Shown piece after piece: positions 28,575 through 41,701 of a stretch of DNA of 61,723 nt. How positions within the stretch are numbered: position 1 is the stretch's first letter; the number at the start of each line of letters is the position of its first letter. The position numbers were made by a program, and so were the translations under genes. This DNA comes from Dendrobates tinctorius (taxonomy: Eukaryota). The notes under the pieces are model-generated. The model ran no database searches, was not told where the DNA came from, and saw only the letters and a list, made by a program, of their open reading frames with translations. The stretch is taken from NCBI RefSeq assembly GCF_039654945.1, contig NW_027361825.1:2916278-2978000 (forward strand), written 5' to 3'.

Positions 28575-31500
28575 ATGACTGAAATGTGCCGCCGGATAGC
28601 GCCGATGTTCTTCGTGCCCCTCTTGCTGTGGATTGCGGACCCCACGCACGGTTACAAGCCGGTTATCATGGTCCACGGCCTTTTTGACAGTTCTGCCAAC
28701 TTCAAATACCTGGTGGAATACATCAACAAGGTGAGCCGAACAGGCAGTGCCAGAGAGACTGCGGGGGCTTGTAACTGGCAGGAAGGTTATCGGGAGTATG
28801 AGACGGAGACTGACACAGCTGGTGTGTGAACATTATGCACATGAGGAGTGTGTGGAGCACCGTCTCTGCCCGGCTATCGCATGGGGCGCCATATCTCTTC
28901 CTGGCGAACATGTTGGGGCACCGTGACTGTATCTCACCTGCGAGCATACGGTGTGTTTTGTTAGTACCAGGACTACATTACTCTTGCCCTCCTGGCATTT
29001 TCCTTCTGCTGACACATTGTCCAGACAGCTGCAGGTCTGCTGGGACGATCGAGGGAATCTTCTATCCTGACTTCTTTTTTTCTCCGACCACAGTCTCACC
29101 CGGGCACCAATATCTCGGTGCTGGACTTGTTTGACCACAGGGCGAGTCTGCAGCCTCTCTGGAAACAAGTGATGGGATTCCGGGAAGCCATCTACCCCAT
29201 AATGCAGAATGCTGGCAAGGAAGGGGTGCACCTGCTTTGCTATTCACAAGGTGAGTACTACTCTACCCAGCATCCGGCAGACACACTGTATACCAGTGAT
29301 TGCAGCTTTTGTGACTATTCATGAGCTGTACAATACGGCAGAATTTCTCCATAGAGATGATTGAGAGCTCTGTGCCAGAAATGTCACCTATGTCTCCAGC
29401 GATTGGCTGAGGGCCAACCAACATTAAGTAGCCCAGGCCGAGTCTCGTATGCGGGAGAACTTAATTTTCTAGCTTCTGTTTACTTCACATGCAGCTGGGA
29501 GACTTCCAGTTCTTCAGGATAATTTCATTCCAAAGTTCTCAGTCATCTAACAGGAGAAGTGGAGACGCCCAGACAGACACACGGACACCATAATTCAGAT
29601 ATGCATATATTATGGCCGGAAAGTAGGTGTCATCTCCAGGGGCCCCGACAGCTGCTTCCTGCTGTGGAATAGGCAGGAGCGCCATGTATGGTGGGCACAG
29701 TGATGCCCCATCCCCGGCAGGAGTGCTGCCCAGCCTGGTCCACTGCTTCCACACCGTCACCCCCTTTCTGGAGCGAACCCCAGTTTGCATAGCTCTACAG
29801 ACAGGTTACTGACTGCCGCCTCCTTAGGGCTGGCTTCTCCATGGACAACAGAAAATATGCATTATTAAAATAATCTGCTATATACAATCACTAGACCGCC
29901 CCCCCCCGCCTTAGACGGCCATACTGAATCCCACCCCACTACCAATTGCATTTTAGTCCATCATCTACTGTTGTTTCTGGAGAATAGTGGTGCCGGCATC
30001 TGATTTGATTCCTGCCTTCTCTCTCCTTCTGTCAGGAGGACTGATCTGTCGGGGGATCTTGGAGACGATGCCGGACCACAATGTGGACACGTTCATCTCG
30101 TTGTCTTCTCCGCAGATGGGACAGTATGGAGGTGAGGGCTATTCATCCACATCTGTTATGCTCTCCTCTACAAGATCACATGGCGCTGACATCTCCTGAC
30201 ATCTTGGGGGGGTTCGGACAGTTAATTGCACCGCCTGGGCCAGCTTAAAGGGAATCTGTCACCATTTTTTTGAGATATCATATAATGATATCATTCAATT
30301 GTGTGTCACATAAGGATTCTCTTAGTACTTTTGCTTCCCCCTGACCCCGCACCTTTCATGGATAAATACCTTTTTTATATCGGTTCAGATGTATGTAAAC
30401 TGCTGCTGTCTGGTCCGCTGGGCGGGGCTTATTCACCTGCTCCTCCCCTCCCTGTCTTGCTCTATGCATTTCTTCTTGCGCAGAGCAAGACAGGGAGAGA
30501 GGGAGCAGGTGAATAAGCCTCGCCCATCGGACCGGAACATGGCAGTTTACATACATCTGAACCGATATAAAAAAGGTATTTATCCATGAAAGGTGCGGGG
30601 TCAGGGGGAAGCAAAAGTACTAAGAGAATCCTTATGTGACACACAATTGAATGACATCATTATATGATATCTCAAAAAAGGGGTGACAGATTCCCTTTAA
30701 AGGGTGTATATGAGATCTGCCTCAAAACGGTGCCACTCTTGTCTGTGGGCTGTGTCTGGTGTTGAAGTATTCACTTGGTGCAATACCAGATACAACGTAT
30801 GTACAAGGGTCGTGCTGTTTTATTAGTAATACTCGAGGTCAATCTTTACCATGGTGGTGAGCTAAGACTCGCTGGCATGAAGCAGAATGGTTCTGCAGAT
30901 ATTTACCATGTGTCTCTAGAGGATCATCGCCCCATGTCAGGAAATATTGTTACGCTCCTCCTGTAGTGATGGCAGAACATATGCATTATTAATATAATAT
31001 GCTATATATAATAACCAGACGTCCCGGCTCTCATTACCGCCTCTTAACCCCTTCACTATCCTATCGTATAAATGTACAACACAGGGGTGTATGGAGCAGG
31101 CAGAAGAGCAGAGGCGTCTCTGTACATGGTGGGAGGCAGCTGTGTTATACAACCAGCAACTCCTCAATCAGCAGAGATGACAGCGTCCAGTGTCCCTGCA
31201 TCTGGAAAAGTCGGATGTCTGATCAGTGAAAATATAAAATTATTTAAAGGGTTTTTTCCCAAGGACAAATGTTGATTTTAATCATCAGTAGATCTTGGAA
31301 TAATAATAATTTCCAGGGTTGGATGTGTGTAAAGAAAATGTTCCTGTGCTGAGATAATCTTATAAAAGTGTCCCTGCTGTGTAATGGCCGTGTCTGACCG
31401 TACAGGGATATGATCTGATCATACCACATCTCCTGGGCAGGGAAGGATGCAAGAGAGTATACAGACAGGACAGCATGGGATCGCAGGGGGGAGCAAAAGA

Positions 31501-33721
31501 GTATACAGGCATTACAGCACAGGATCACAGGGGGGAGCAAAAGAGTATACAGGCATTACAGGACGGGATCGTAAGGAGGAGCAAAAGAGTATACAGGCAT
31601 TACAGCACAGGATCACAGGGGGGAGCAAAAGAGTATACAGACATTACAGCACGGGGGAGCAAAAGAGTATACAGGCATTACAGCACGGGATTGCAGGAGG
31701 AGCAAAAGATTATACAGGCATTACAGCACGGGAAGCAAAAGGGTATAAAGGCGTTACAGCACGGGATTGCAGGGGGAGCAAAAGAGTATACAGGCGTTAC
31801 AGCACGAGATCACAGGATAGGAAGAAAAGGATTAAACAGACATTACAGCACGGGAACGCAGGGGGAGCAAAAGAGTATACAGGCATTACAGCACGGGAAC
31901 GCAGGGGGAGCAAAAGGGTATACAGGCATTACAGCACGGGATCGCAGGGGGTGCAAAAGAGTATACAGACATTACAGCATGGGATCACAGGGGGGAGCAA
32001 AAGTGTATACAGGCATTACAGCAGGGGGGAGCAAAAGAGTATACAGACCTTATAGCATGGGACCTCACTCCTAATGTTATTGTTTGAATTGTCTTAACTT
32101 GTATTGAATTTATTGTCTGTACATGTCCCCGCTTAATTGTAAAGTGCTGCGGAATATGTTGGCGCTATATAAATAAAAATTATTATTATTATTATTATGG
32201 GATCGAAGGGGGGAGCAAAAGAGTATACAGACAGGACAGCACTGGATCACAGCTGGTTCTTTCATTGAAATACTTTTTTTTCCCGCTATATTATATGGGA
32301 GAGTCAATGGCATCATTGAGACTACAACTCATCCTGCAGAGAAAAAAAAATAAGGCTCAGAAAATAAGGTATTGCTCTTAGAGGAAGGGGAAGATAAAAG
32401 AAAAAAAAAAGTAGCGGAGGAAAGCCTGAGATGTGCAGATGGCTGTACGTGTCACTTTTGGGGTGTTTGTTCCCGTCCAGTTCTGCACATTGGGGTATAA
32501 TTCTGGTGCGATAACGCTGCTATGTCCTATGTTGCAGACACGGATTATCTGCGGTATCTGTTCCCCACCTATGTGAAGGCCAATCTCTACAGATTCTGCT
32601 ACACGCAGTTCGGGCAGAGCATCTCCATCTGCAATTTTTGGAACGGCAAGTGACGGCAGAGGATGAGGGGACGGGGGTGACATGAAGGAATTCTGACGCA
32701 TTCCCGACGCCCGCGGATGCCGCTTTCTGATGTCCACAAGGTGGCGCTGAGTGAAGTAGACATTAAGTGTTTTTTACTAATGGTGTTTTTTCCATTTTCA
32801 GATCCCCATCACCACGACATGTACATCAACAGCAGCAAGTTCCTGGCGCCTATAAACTCCGAACGGCCAGAGCCAAACACAACAGGTAATGTAGTGTGGA
32901 AAAGGCCAACTTTATGCCCCCATTCCACACACACAAATATACATGGGATCCCCAATATTTGTTTGGCAGAATAATCCTTAATTTCTACCGTACCATGTGT
33001 ATGCGTCATGTCAATAAGTAATTTTCTTACTTACAGAATGGAGGAAAAACTTCCTGCGCCTTCGGAGGTTAGTCCTCATCGGCGGTCCCAGTGATGGCGT
33101 CATCACCCCCTGGGAGTCCAGGTACGGAGGCGGTGGTCCGCAGTGTCAGTGAATTTGTTCCCGTGCACGGCTTTGCCGTCTCATGTTACGTTTTTTTTGC
33201 CTTTTCAGCCACTTTGGATTCTACGATGAGAATGAGACGGTGCAGGAGATGAGATACCAGAAGGTTGGTTCTTCCTGGAAATCTCCTTGGGGGTTTGTTC
33301 CCACCAATATACTGCAGGATGCAGTGGACCCCCATAATAAATAAGGAGGTAGCACAAGTGCCAAATATAAATTACTCACACTCCCATCATCTATGGGAGG
33401 ATGGGTGCTTGGTATTACAACAGATAAGACTGTAATCACACAGACACGCGTGGTGCGCCACGTTGGCTTAGCCCATCCTGAGGACACAAAGCTCTCTGTT
33501 ACACTGTAACGAGTCCTGCCCATGTGTGAGCAGCACATTTGGCTCCTTGTTCCCTAATGTTTCTTGTCCCACCTCAGGTCTACAAGGACGACAGCTTTGG
33601 CCTCCGCACGTTGGATAAGAGAGGAGCTGTCACGGTGTACTCTGTGGCCAACGTGGTTCACACAATGTGGCACTCCAACGAGACGGTGTACAAGGAATGC
33701 ATCGAGAAGTGGCTGACCTAA
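28575..33721 (+). CDS. PPT2: Lysosomal thioesterase PPT2 (palmitoyl-protein thioesterase 2), 294 aa
   Basis: Exons 28575-28730, 29094-29250, 30036-30131, 32538-32645, 32802-32885, 33037-33121, 33209-33263, 33578-33721 (885 nt). Signal peptide, then [13 protein letters not shown]; nucleophile CYSQGG; [11 protein letters not shown]; Asp in [11 protein letters not shown]; His in VHTMWH; ends IEKWLT*. The acceptor AG ending at 28562 implies an upstream non-coding exon. Confidence 0.95.
30249..30696. mobile_element. T2/Kolobok-type MITE, near-perfect 448-bp palindrome in a PPT2 intron
   Basis: TTAA|AGGGAATCTGTCACC...GGTGACAGATTCCCT|TTAA. Confidence 0.85.
31248..32250. repeat. T2-type MITE left arm with an expanded ~43-bp minisatellite
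   Basis: TTAA|AGGGTTTTTTCCC start; GGGGGAGCAAAAGAGTATACAGGCATTACAGCACGGGATCGCA units at ~31450-32250. Confidence 0.7.
32063..32196 (+). mobile_element. 5'-truncated L2-type LINE/SINE 3' end
   Basis: Tail TGTAAAGTGCTGCGGAATATGTTGGCGCTATATAAATAAA(ATT)n, nearly identical to 40273-40331; ATGGGA flanks both sides. Confidence 0.7.
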
Positions 33722-34914
33722 CGCCGCCGCTCCGCAAACCTCCCGTCTGCTCCATCATGGGAACCTTCTTCACCCTCCTTAATGCAGATGGATTCGAATC
33801 CATGACCCTTCCTGGCTCATCCTTGGCCGCCTCCTGCCATGAACTCTAGGCCTCCTGCCATTTTTACCTCCCGCCATCGGCCTCCATTGTGTAACCATAG
33901 GAGGAACACGTAGGCCACTTTTATATCCCTCCCCTAACTTTTTGGAAGGTAGAACGTTTTCTGGTTGTACCCCTTTTTCTAATGGAAAATTTAATTTTTG
34001 GGAAACCATTTGCACAATTTTGGGGGAAGGGTACAAAGTGGGATCCTCTACCTCTTCTCCTCCAATCCACTGCTGTTACATTATGGTCTATCAGGGTGCT
34101 TTTTACCTTTGAGGCGAACCTCGTAGCTTTTTACTAAGTGTCTGCCTGCCCTGAGCGTGGACTTTCGTGGTTTCGCCATAGTAGTCGTTTACATACCGTG
34201 TTCCCACCGATCGGATGTATGGATTGTCCAATTTCTTGCTATCACTCCAATGCATCTATATTTAAGGCTGCCGTTTTGTGTACACAGCATCCATGCGGAG
34301 AAGGAGAAATGCATAACTTCAGAAACCAATTACATAGTTTGTAGTCTGCAACTGCAGAAACGCATAAATCTGCATAGAAGCTGTATACGCAAAACGGTAG
34401 GGGATGGTGTTTTAGCTTTATTAACCAACCAATGCCAAAAAGGTACTATGGCCACCCTGCTTGTGCACGATTGGGGAGGGGTGGGCTCGCAAAATCGCTT
34501 TGGTAATGGTAGATGCAACAGAACAAAAACAAGAAATGGGGAAACCTGGCCGATCCGCTGCAGATGGCCGCAACGGGCGGCTCTGACCACAGTGTGGCCT
34601 CCTCTACAGGGTTAACCTGGAGCTGAAATAACCCTGTGTTTGCTGCAAAAAAAAAAAAAGCCGTCATCAATGCAATGTCCATAGAAGTTGGGGCAGCAAA
34701 TATTATTTAATTTTTTTACCTTTGATTGTCGGATTCTGGACTCGGGACACTCAGGACGTTGGTTATTTATGTATTTATAATCCCAAGGCACAAGAGCTGA
34801 CACTCCTGGACACGAAGGACGGCGTCAGCCCGGTTACGTCAGGAAGTTTACCGCCCCGTTAGACTTGTAATCGTGGTTTTTCTGCCTTTTTTTTAATTGC
34901 TGTTTGTTGTGTTC

Positions 34915-34920
34915 AATAAA
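34915..34920 (+). terminator. Probable PPT2 polyadenylation signal
   Basis: AATAAA about 1.2 kb after the stop, followed by GT-rich sequence. Confidence 0.5.
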
Positions 34921-35361
34921 ACATTTGTGCATTTGAAGTTGTTATATAAAGCGTGTGTGACCGCGACTAACCGTCATCACAGATCCGTCACCGGCAAGGA
35001 AATAATGGGACGGGGGCAAGAAATGACTGATCTGTGCCTTTATTCCTGAACAGTGGTCTATTGGTGATACCTGGTATTGCAGCCCAGGTCTATTAATTCA
35101 ATGAGCTGCAGTACCAGATCCAACCAATAAACGTGTGTGGCGCTGTTTCTAGAAGGAGGCGCCTATATTATAATAATTCTGTACAAATCCTTTACCTGCA
35201 CCCTTCCCACTCCCGGTAAAGCTATTGCTTTCTGTTCCAAGACGTATTACACAACGGGTGCCAGCCCTGCACCCAGTAAATAAAAAAGGTTACTTGCATT
35301 TACGTAAAAAATAAGCAGCATCAAAAACTCACTCAAAACTCAGCGTGGGAACGTAGCCTTA

Positions 35362-35588
35362 GGGTATGTGCACACGGTGCGGATTTTACTGCGGATCCGC
35401 AGCGGATTTGCTGCGGTTTTAAATCCGCAGCATGTCAATTCTTTGTGTGGATTCCGCAGTGGTTTGACACCTGTTGCATTGTCCAGGTGTCAATCCACTG
35501 GCAAATCCACAGGAAAACCGCAGGTCACTTTACCTGCAAATCCGCGTGGAAAAATCCGCAGGTGAATCTGCAATGTGTGCACTCACCC
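35362..35588. mobile_element. Harbinger-type MITE
   Basis: TTA|GGGTATGTGCACAC...GTGTGCACTCACCC|TTA; a related right end lies at ~36480-36766. Confidence 0.65.
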
Positions 35589-35679
35589 TTAGGCTTCAGT
35601 CACGCGTGGATATGAAAAAAGTCAATTTTCCATCCTTGCTATGGCCCGTTTATCATTATCAGTGTGACTTCCACAATAA

Positions 35680-36215
35680 TATGTTTTATATAATCGTATA
35701 TAAAATTATATATATAACATAAAAATAATTTGTGAAAAGATTATATATAAAACAAAAATAATTTATGAAAATATACGTATATAACATAAAATAATTTATT
35801 AAAATATATTATAAGAATAAATGCAAAAAGATTACCATACATATAAAAGAAATATAAAAAATATATTACATTTTAAAAATATAAACTAGAAAAAATATAA
35901 AATTTAAGATGACATAAAAATATTAAAAATACAAATATTAATACTTTTGTGTAATTTTTTCATATACTATAGAAAATGTTACTTTTAATATTTTATTTTT
36001 GATTTATATATTTATATGTAATCTGCATTTTTATATTTATCTTTTTTCTAATGATTTTTCTACTATGATAAATTTTTTAGAGTTAATTATATTTAGTTTA
36101 TATTAAATATAAAAATAGCATAAAATTTGTTTTTATATTAAAATATGTAAACTATAAAAAAATTATATATAAAATCTAAATTTTTTTATATAAAATATAT
36201 ATAAAAATAATAAAC
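35680..36215. repeat. AT-rich low-complexity tract
   Basis: Almost entirely A/T. Confidence 0.7.
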
Positions 36216-36974
36216 TGCCAGCTACTTTCCTATTTTGTAATGGATCTGTAGAAAAATGTAAAAAAAAAAAAAAGAGAATTGCTGTTTTCTAGTGAAAAAA
36301 AAGTAATAAAAATACTGCAGATATTTTCTGAACTTTCCGTAACTCCTGTACACACACATACAAAAAAATCATCATTAGTTAAGTCATTTTGACTCTTTCC
36401 TCTCCAGATTGTACGGCTGAAAGGGAGCAAAGTCTTTATCCCAATGGTATGGGGGCTGTAGTTAACGTAAAGTTATATATTTTTTTTGCTGCGGTGTACA
36501 GTACCATTCAAACCTATGAAAAAAAAACCCCGCTGTGCAGACACTGCAGAATTTTCCACGGTTTCAAAACCGCAGAAAGAATTGACATGTCAATTCTTTC
36601 TGCGGATTCCGCTGCGGTTTGCCAACTCCTCCATTAAGGAGATGCAAAACCGCAGGCTAATCCGCAGGTAAAACCGCAGGTCTTTTGACCTGCGGATTTA
36701 CCTGCGGATTTTACAAAATCCGCGTGGCCAAATCCGCACCCCAATCCGCAGTGTGTGCACGTACCCTTAGAAGTGGCCTTCTATAAATTCAGAGCTAGCC
36801 TGGGGATGCAATTATGTAGGGGGACTTTTTTGTACATGTATCAAAGTACGCTGGCAGTTATAACATCGCAGCTGGGCAGGAGACAGGTAAGACAAATCTA
36901 TTCTCTGTACATTTGGGCTACCGCAAATATATACCATATGCATTTGTGTAATTTATATCCTGGCCGCTGCATTT

Positions 36975-39900
36975 ACACACATCCACCGCCCTGGTATTAA
37001 CTCTCTACACTCAGTCCATATCGGCCCCTCGCTCCTTTCCTCTCCTATGTATAGCACTCACGCTCTTTTCACATTGCTAAACAGCACAGATCCATTCAGT
37101 CCCACCATTCAACATCAGAGACGCTCTCACAAATCACTTAACCATCTTCTCACTCTTTCTATCCTCCTTTTCCTAGTCGCAGGAGACATTGCTCCCAACC
37201 CAGGTCCCCCATGTTATAGAAAGTCAAACCCCCCAACTGCTATACTCAGAAACCCCTCTAATCTTATTAATATTCCCTGCATGCCATCTGTCTCTCTTAA
37301 TTGTGCCCTATGGAATTCTCGCTCAGTGTGTAACAAGCTCTCCTTCATTCATGACTTTTTCCTTTCTAATTCTCTTAACCTCCTGGTTCTTACTGAAACC
37401 TGGATCCAGCAGTCAGACACTACCGCTGCAGCTGCTCTTTCATACGGGGGACTACACTTCTCTCATACCCCAAGATTAGACAATAGAGCAGATGGAGGCG
37501 TTGGTCTGCTCCTATCACCAAAATGTACCTTTCAGGTTATCCCTCAAGTACCCTCACTTGTCTTCCCTTCCTTTGAGGTCCATGCTGTCAGACTCTACAC
37601 CCCCTTCTCCATGCGAGTGGTGGTGGTGTATCGTCCTCCCGGCCCCTCCCATCAGTTCCTGGATCATTTTGCCACTTGGCTTCCACATTTTCTCTCCTGT
37701 GACATCCCTACCCTCATCATGGGCGATTTCAACATCCCCATTGCTCTTCCCCTCTCCCCATCTGCTTCTCACCTTTTATCTCTAACCTCCTCGTTTGGCC
37801 TTTTGCAGCTTACTAATTCTCCAACGCATGAAGACGGTAACTCCCTCGACTTGGTCTTCTCTCGGCTTTGTGCAGTGGATGATTTTGCAAACTCCCCTCT
37901 CCCGCTCTCTGACCACAACCTTCTTTCATTCTCTATCAAGAACTACCAGGCTGCTCAGGTCACCCCCACTGTCCATATTTATAGAAACATACAGGCCATT
38001 AACACCCAGAAACTTATGAAGAACTTGCAGTCTTCATTGGCCCCTATCTCCTCCCTCTCATGTCCTGATTCTGCACTGAAGTATTACAATGAAACACTTC
38101 AAAGTGCCCTGGATGAATTTGCACCCCCTATAAATAGAACACCACAACGCAGACGGCGACAACCCTGGCACACCCTGCAAACATGTTTCCTGCAGCGGTG
38201 CTCCAGGTGCGCCGAACGTCTGTGGAGAAAATCCAACCTACCCGAAGATTTCATCCATTATAAGTTTATGCTTCGAACATATAACACTGCCCTTCACCTC
38301 TCAAAACAAACCTATTTCAACACCCTCATCACCTCACTGTCCAATAACCCGAAACGTCTTTGACACTTTTCATTCTCAACCCAAGAGTACAGGCCCCAAC
38401 CACGGAGCTCCGAGCTGACGATCTGGCCAATTGCTTCAAAGAAAAAATTGACAAGATCTGACAGGAAATTATCTCCCAATCACCTCATACCATGCACTGT
38501 CCTCCCTCCCCCACTGCATCTAGCTCACTCTCTGATTTTGAATCAGTCACAGAGGAAGAAGTAAGCAGGCTCCTTGCATCTTCTCGTCCAACCACTTGCA
38601 CCAGTGACCCATTTCCGTCACATCTCCTCCAGTCCCTTTCCCCTGCTGTCACTCCTCACCTAACTAAAATATTTAACCTCTCTCTCTCTTCTGGTATCTT
38701 TCCCTCCTCATTTAAGCATGCCATCATACATCCACTACTTAAAAAAACCATCCCTCGACCAAAACCGTGCCGCTAACTATAGACCTGCCTCTAATCTTCC
38801 CTTCATCTCTAAACTCCTGGAACGCCTGGTCCACTCCCGCCTTATCCGCTATCTCTTTGATAACTCTCTTCTCGCCCCTCTCCAATCCGGTTTCCGCTCT
38901 TTACACTCTATTGAAACTGACCTCACTAAAGTCTCTAATGATCTACTAACAGCTAGATCAAATGGTCATTACTCCATGCTAATTCTCTTGGATCTCTCTG
39001 CAGCATTCGACACTGTGGATCATCAGCTCCTCCTAGCTATGCTCCGTTCCATTGGCCTCAAGGACACCGTTCTCTCCTGGTTCTCCTCCTATCTCTCTGA
39101 CCGCTCCTTTACTGTATCTTTTGCCGGTTCCTCCTCCTCTCACCTTCCCCTTACTGTTGGGGTTCCTCAAGGATCGGTTCTAGGCCCCCTCCTCTTCTCC
39201 TTGTACATTGCCCCTATTGGTCAAACAATCAGTAGATTTGGTTTCCAGTACCATCTCTATGCTGATGACACCCAATTATACACTTCTTCTCCTAACATCA
39301 CGCCAGCCTTTCTAGAAAACACCGACGATTGTCTAAACGCTGTGTCTAACATCATATCCTCACTATATCTGAAACTGAACCTGTCAAAGACTGAACTCCT
39401 TGTGTTTCCTCCCGCTACTAATGTACCTATACCCGACATTGCCATTTCCGTGTGTGGTTCGACTATTACTCCCCAGCAACATGCCGCTGTCTTGGGGTCA
39501 TACTTGACTCCGAGCTTTCCTTTGTCCCCCACATACGATCACTGGCTCGCTCTTGTTATCTGCACCTCAAAAACATTTCTACAATTCGACCTTTTCTTAC
39601 TTTTGACTCTGCAAAAACTCTTACTGTTTCTCTTCATTCTCGTCTCGACTATTGTAACTCTCTTCTAATCGGTCTCCCTCTTACCAAACTCTCCCCTCTC
39701 CAATCTGTCTTGAACGCTGCAGTCAGGATCATATTCCTCGCCAATCGTTACACCGATGCCTCTACCTTGTGCCAGTCATTACACTGGCTACCCATCCACT
39801 CCAGAAATCCTCAATAATCAGAACCGCCCACTCCCGTCTCCAAGACTATACACGTGCTGCGCCAATTCTTTGGAATGCACTTCCCAGGTCAATACGATTA

Positions 39901-40331
39901 GTCCCCAATCCCCACAATTTTAAGCGTGCCCTGAAAACGCATTTATTCAGACTGGCCAATCGCCTCAACACATTAACCTAATCTATCCCTGGGTGGCACA
40001 GCCAAAAGTTTTATCATAACCAGGTTCCCCGCATCATGTTCCCACATGCTTTATGCATCCATTAGCCCTCTGTGTCTGTACTGATACACACTTAACATTA
40101 TGGCTGGTCCATACAATCAGGGCAACTGTTACCACCCACCTTTCGTGTCTACCTCTTTCCTCATAGACTGTAAGCTTGCGAGCAGGGCCCTCATTCCTCT
40201 TGGTATCTGTTATGATCTATGTGATTATTGTTATGCTGTAATGTCTATTGTCTGTACAAGTCCCCTCTGAATTGTAAAGTGCTGCGGAATATGTCGGCGC
40301 TATAGAAATAAAATTTATTATTATTATTATT
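36975..40331 (+). mobile_element. L2/CR1-clade LINE: APE endonuclease plus reverse transcriptase, frameshifted
   Basis: ORF pieces 37047-38363 (WNSRS, LTETW, MGDFN, SDH), 38492-38776, 38718-39668 ([25 protein letters not shown]) and 39452-39981; (TTA)n tail. 5' boundary approximate. Confidence 0.92.
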
Positions 40332-40776
40332 AATGTACTGTCTTTTAAAAAGTGGGCGTGGCCTGACATCTCACCTGTAGGAGTAGGTGGGACCCGCCCA
40401 AGTTAAAGATCTGTAAACAGAGTAAACCAACATCCCACACAGGAGGGGGGGGGTGGAGGAAAAGTTGTCTGGACTCTTCCAAAGTTTCAGTAACTTCACT
40501 GCAGCCTGAAAAGTTGTCATTAACCCCTGAGCTGCCTGACACCCATGTACAAAACGCACAGTCCTCTGCCGTTGCCGCCTCTTCCTGCGCCCTCTGGAAC
40601 TGAAAGCGTTAATATCCCCCATAATAACCTGAGCAGTGTGAAAGCTCCAGCCAAAAAAAAAAAATCCTCATTTGCAAAATCCGTTTAACTCTTTCCTCTC
40701 CAGAGCAAAAGTTTTAATCCCAAGGGGGGGGTTTCGAGCTAACAATTATCCGTGCTCCAGTTCTTCCTGAATAGGA

Positions 40777-40794
40777 CATGCTGGGACTTGTAGT
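40777..40794 (-). promoter_or_regulatory. ZNF143-type motif upstream of the myomegalin-like gene
   Basis: CATGCTGGGACTTGTAGT; GC boxes nearby at about 40351-40400. Confidence 0.3.
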
Positions 40795-41701
40795 GTGCTG
40801 CTCTTCTCTAGGAGAGGTGGTGGTAATGCTATTCTGCAGGAGATTAGATGAGCTATTTCCAGTATAATCTCACAAAGCTGCTCTTTAACCCCTTAAATGT
40901 CAGGGAGTTCACATAGCAAATATTTTCCATTTGTTACTATGAGTCTCGTCAGTGTGTATGGTGGGGGGTGAAAATTGATACATTGTAGTAGCAAACCTGA
41001 AAAAAAAACAACAACACACCTTTGTGTCAGGTGCTTCTACCTTGAAAGGGTTAAGTCAGGTAGTGTCCTGGGTGCACACCTCCACTCCTCCCTCTTGGGA
41101 GTTTCCTGGAAGGAGAGGTGAGCTGGCAGGGGAGGGTCTGTCCTGCTCCTGAGCACTCCCTTCTGGATACCAGTCTGCCATGGGGGCATAGGAGTTTTGG
41201 AAGGAGCTGTGACTAGTTCTGCATGTGCAAGGAGACCTAGGGGCCCAGTCAGTGCCAGCAACAGAGCACAGGTGGGTGGTGACAGCGAGGGGGCAGCAGG
41301 GGTGCTGGCGGTGGCTTACTGGTTGGCAGAGGACAGACTGGAGCAGCTGTAGGGGAATAGCAGAGGGTCTTGTATAGCAGAGGATCTGGGGTCACGGGAA
41401 CTGGGGAAATGTTTTAGGAGAAAGAATCAGTGGAACAAGCCGGTAATCCCTGACTGCCGCAGGCCTCCTCCTTGCCTTCCCTTCCTACAGGGTGTTGTGA
41501 CAGATGAGTCAGTGCTGTGAAAACGTGGACATGCTCCCCTTGTATGTTGTGTGCGAAACATTCAGCCCTGCGAAGGGCCGGTGACATGTAAAGCTCTGAG
41601 CATCAGGTCCCTCGGGGTTAAAAAGTTTTTTTGTTTTTTTCCTGTAGTTTTTAAAAAAATATTTACCGCTTAGGAATGTTTCTCGGTTTCCTCTTCTAGA
41701 T

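Noticed and set aside
31447-32074. Two ~200-aa ORFs in a PPT2 intron
   Set aside because: They come from the 43-bp minisatellite.
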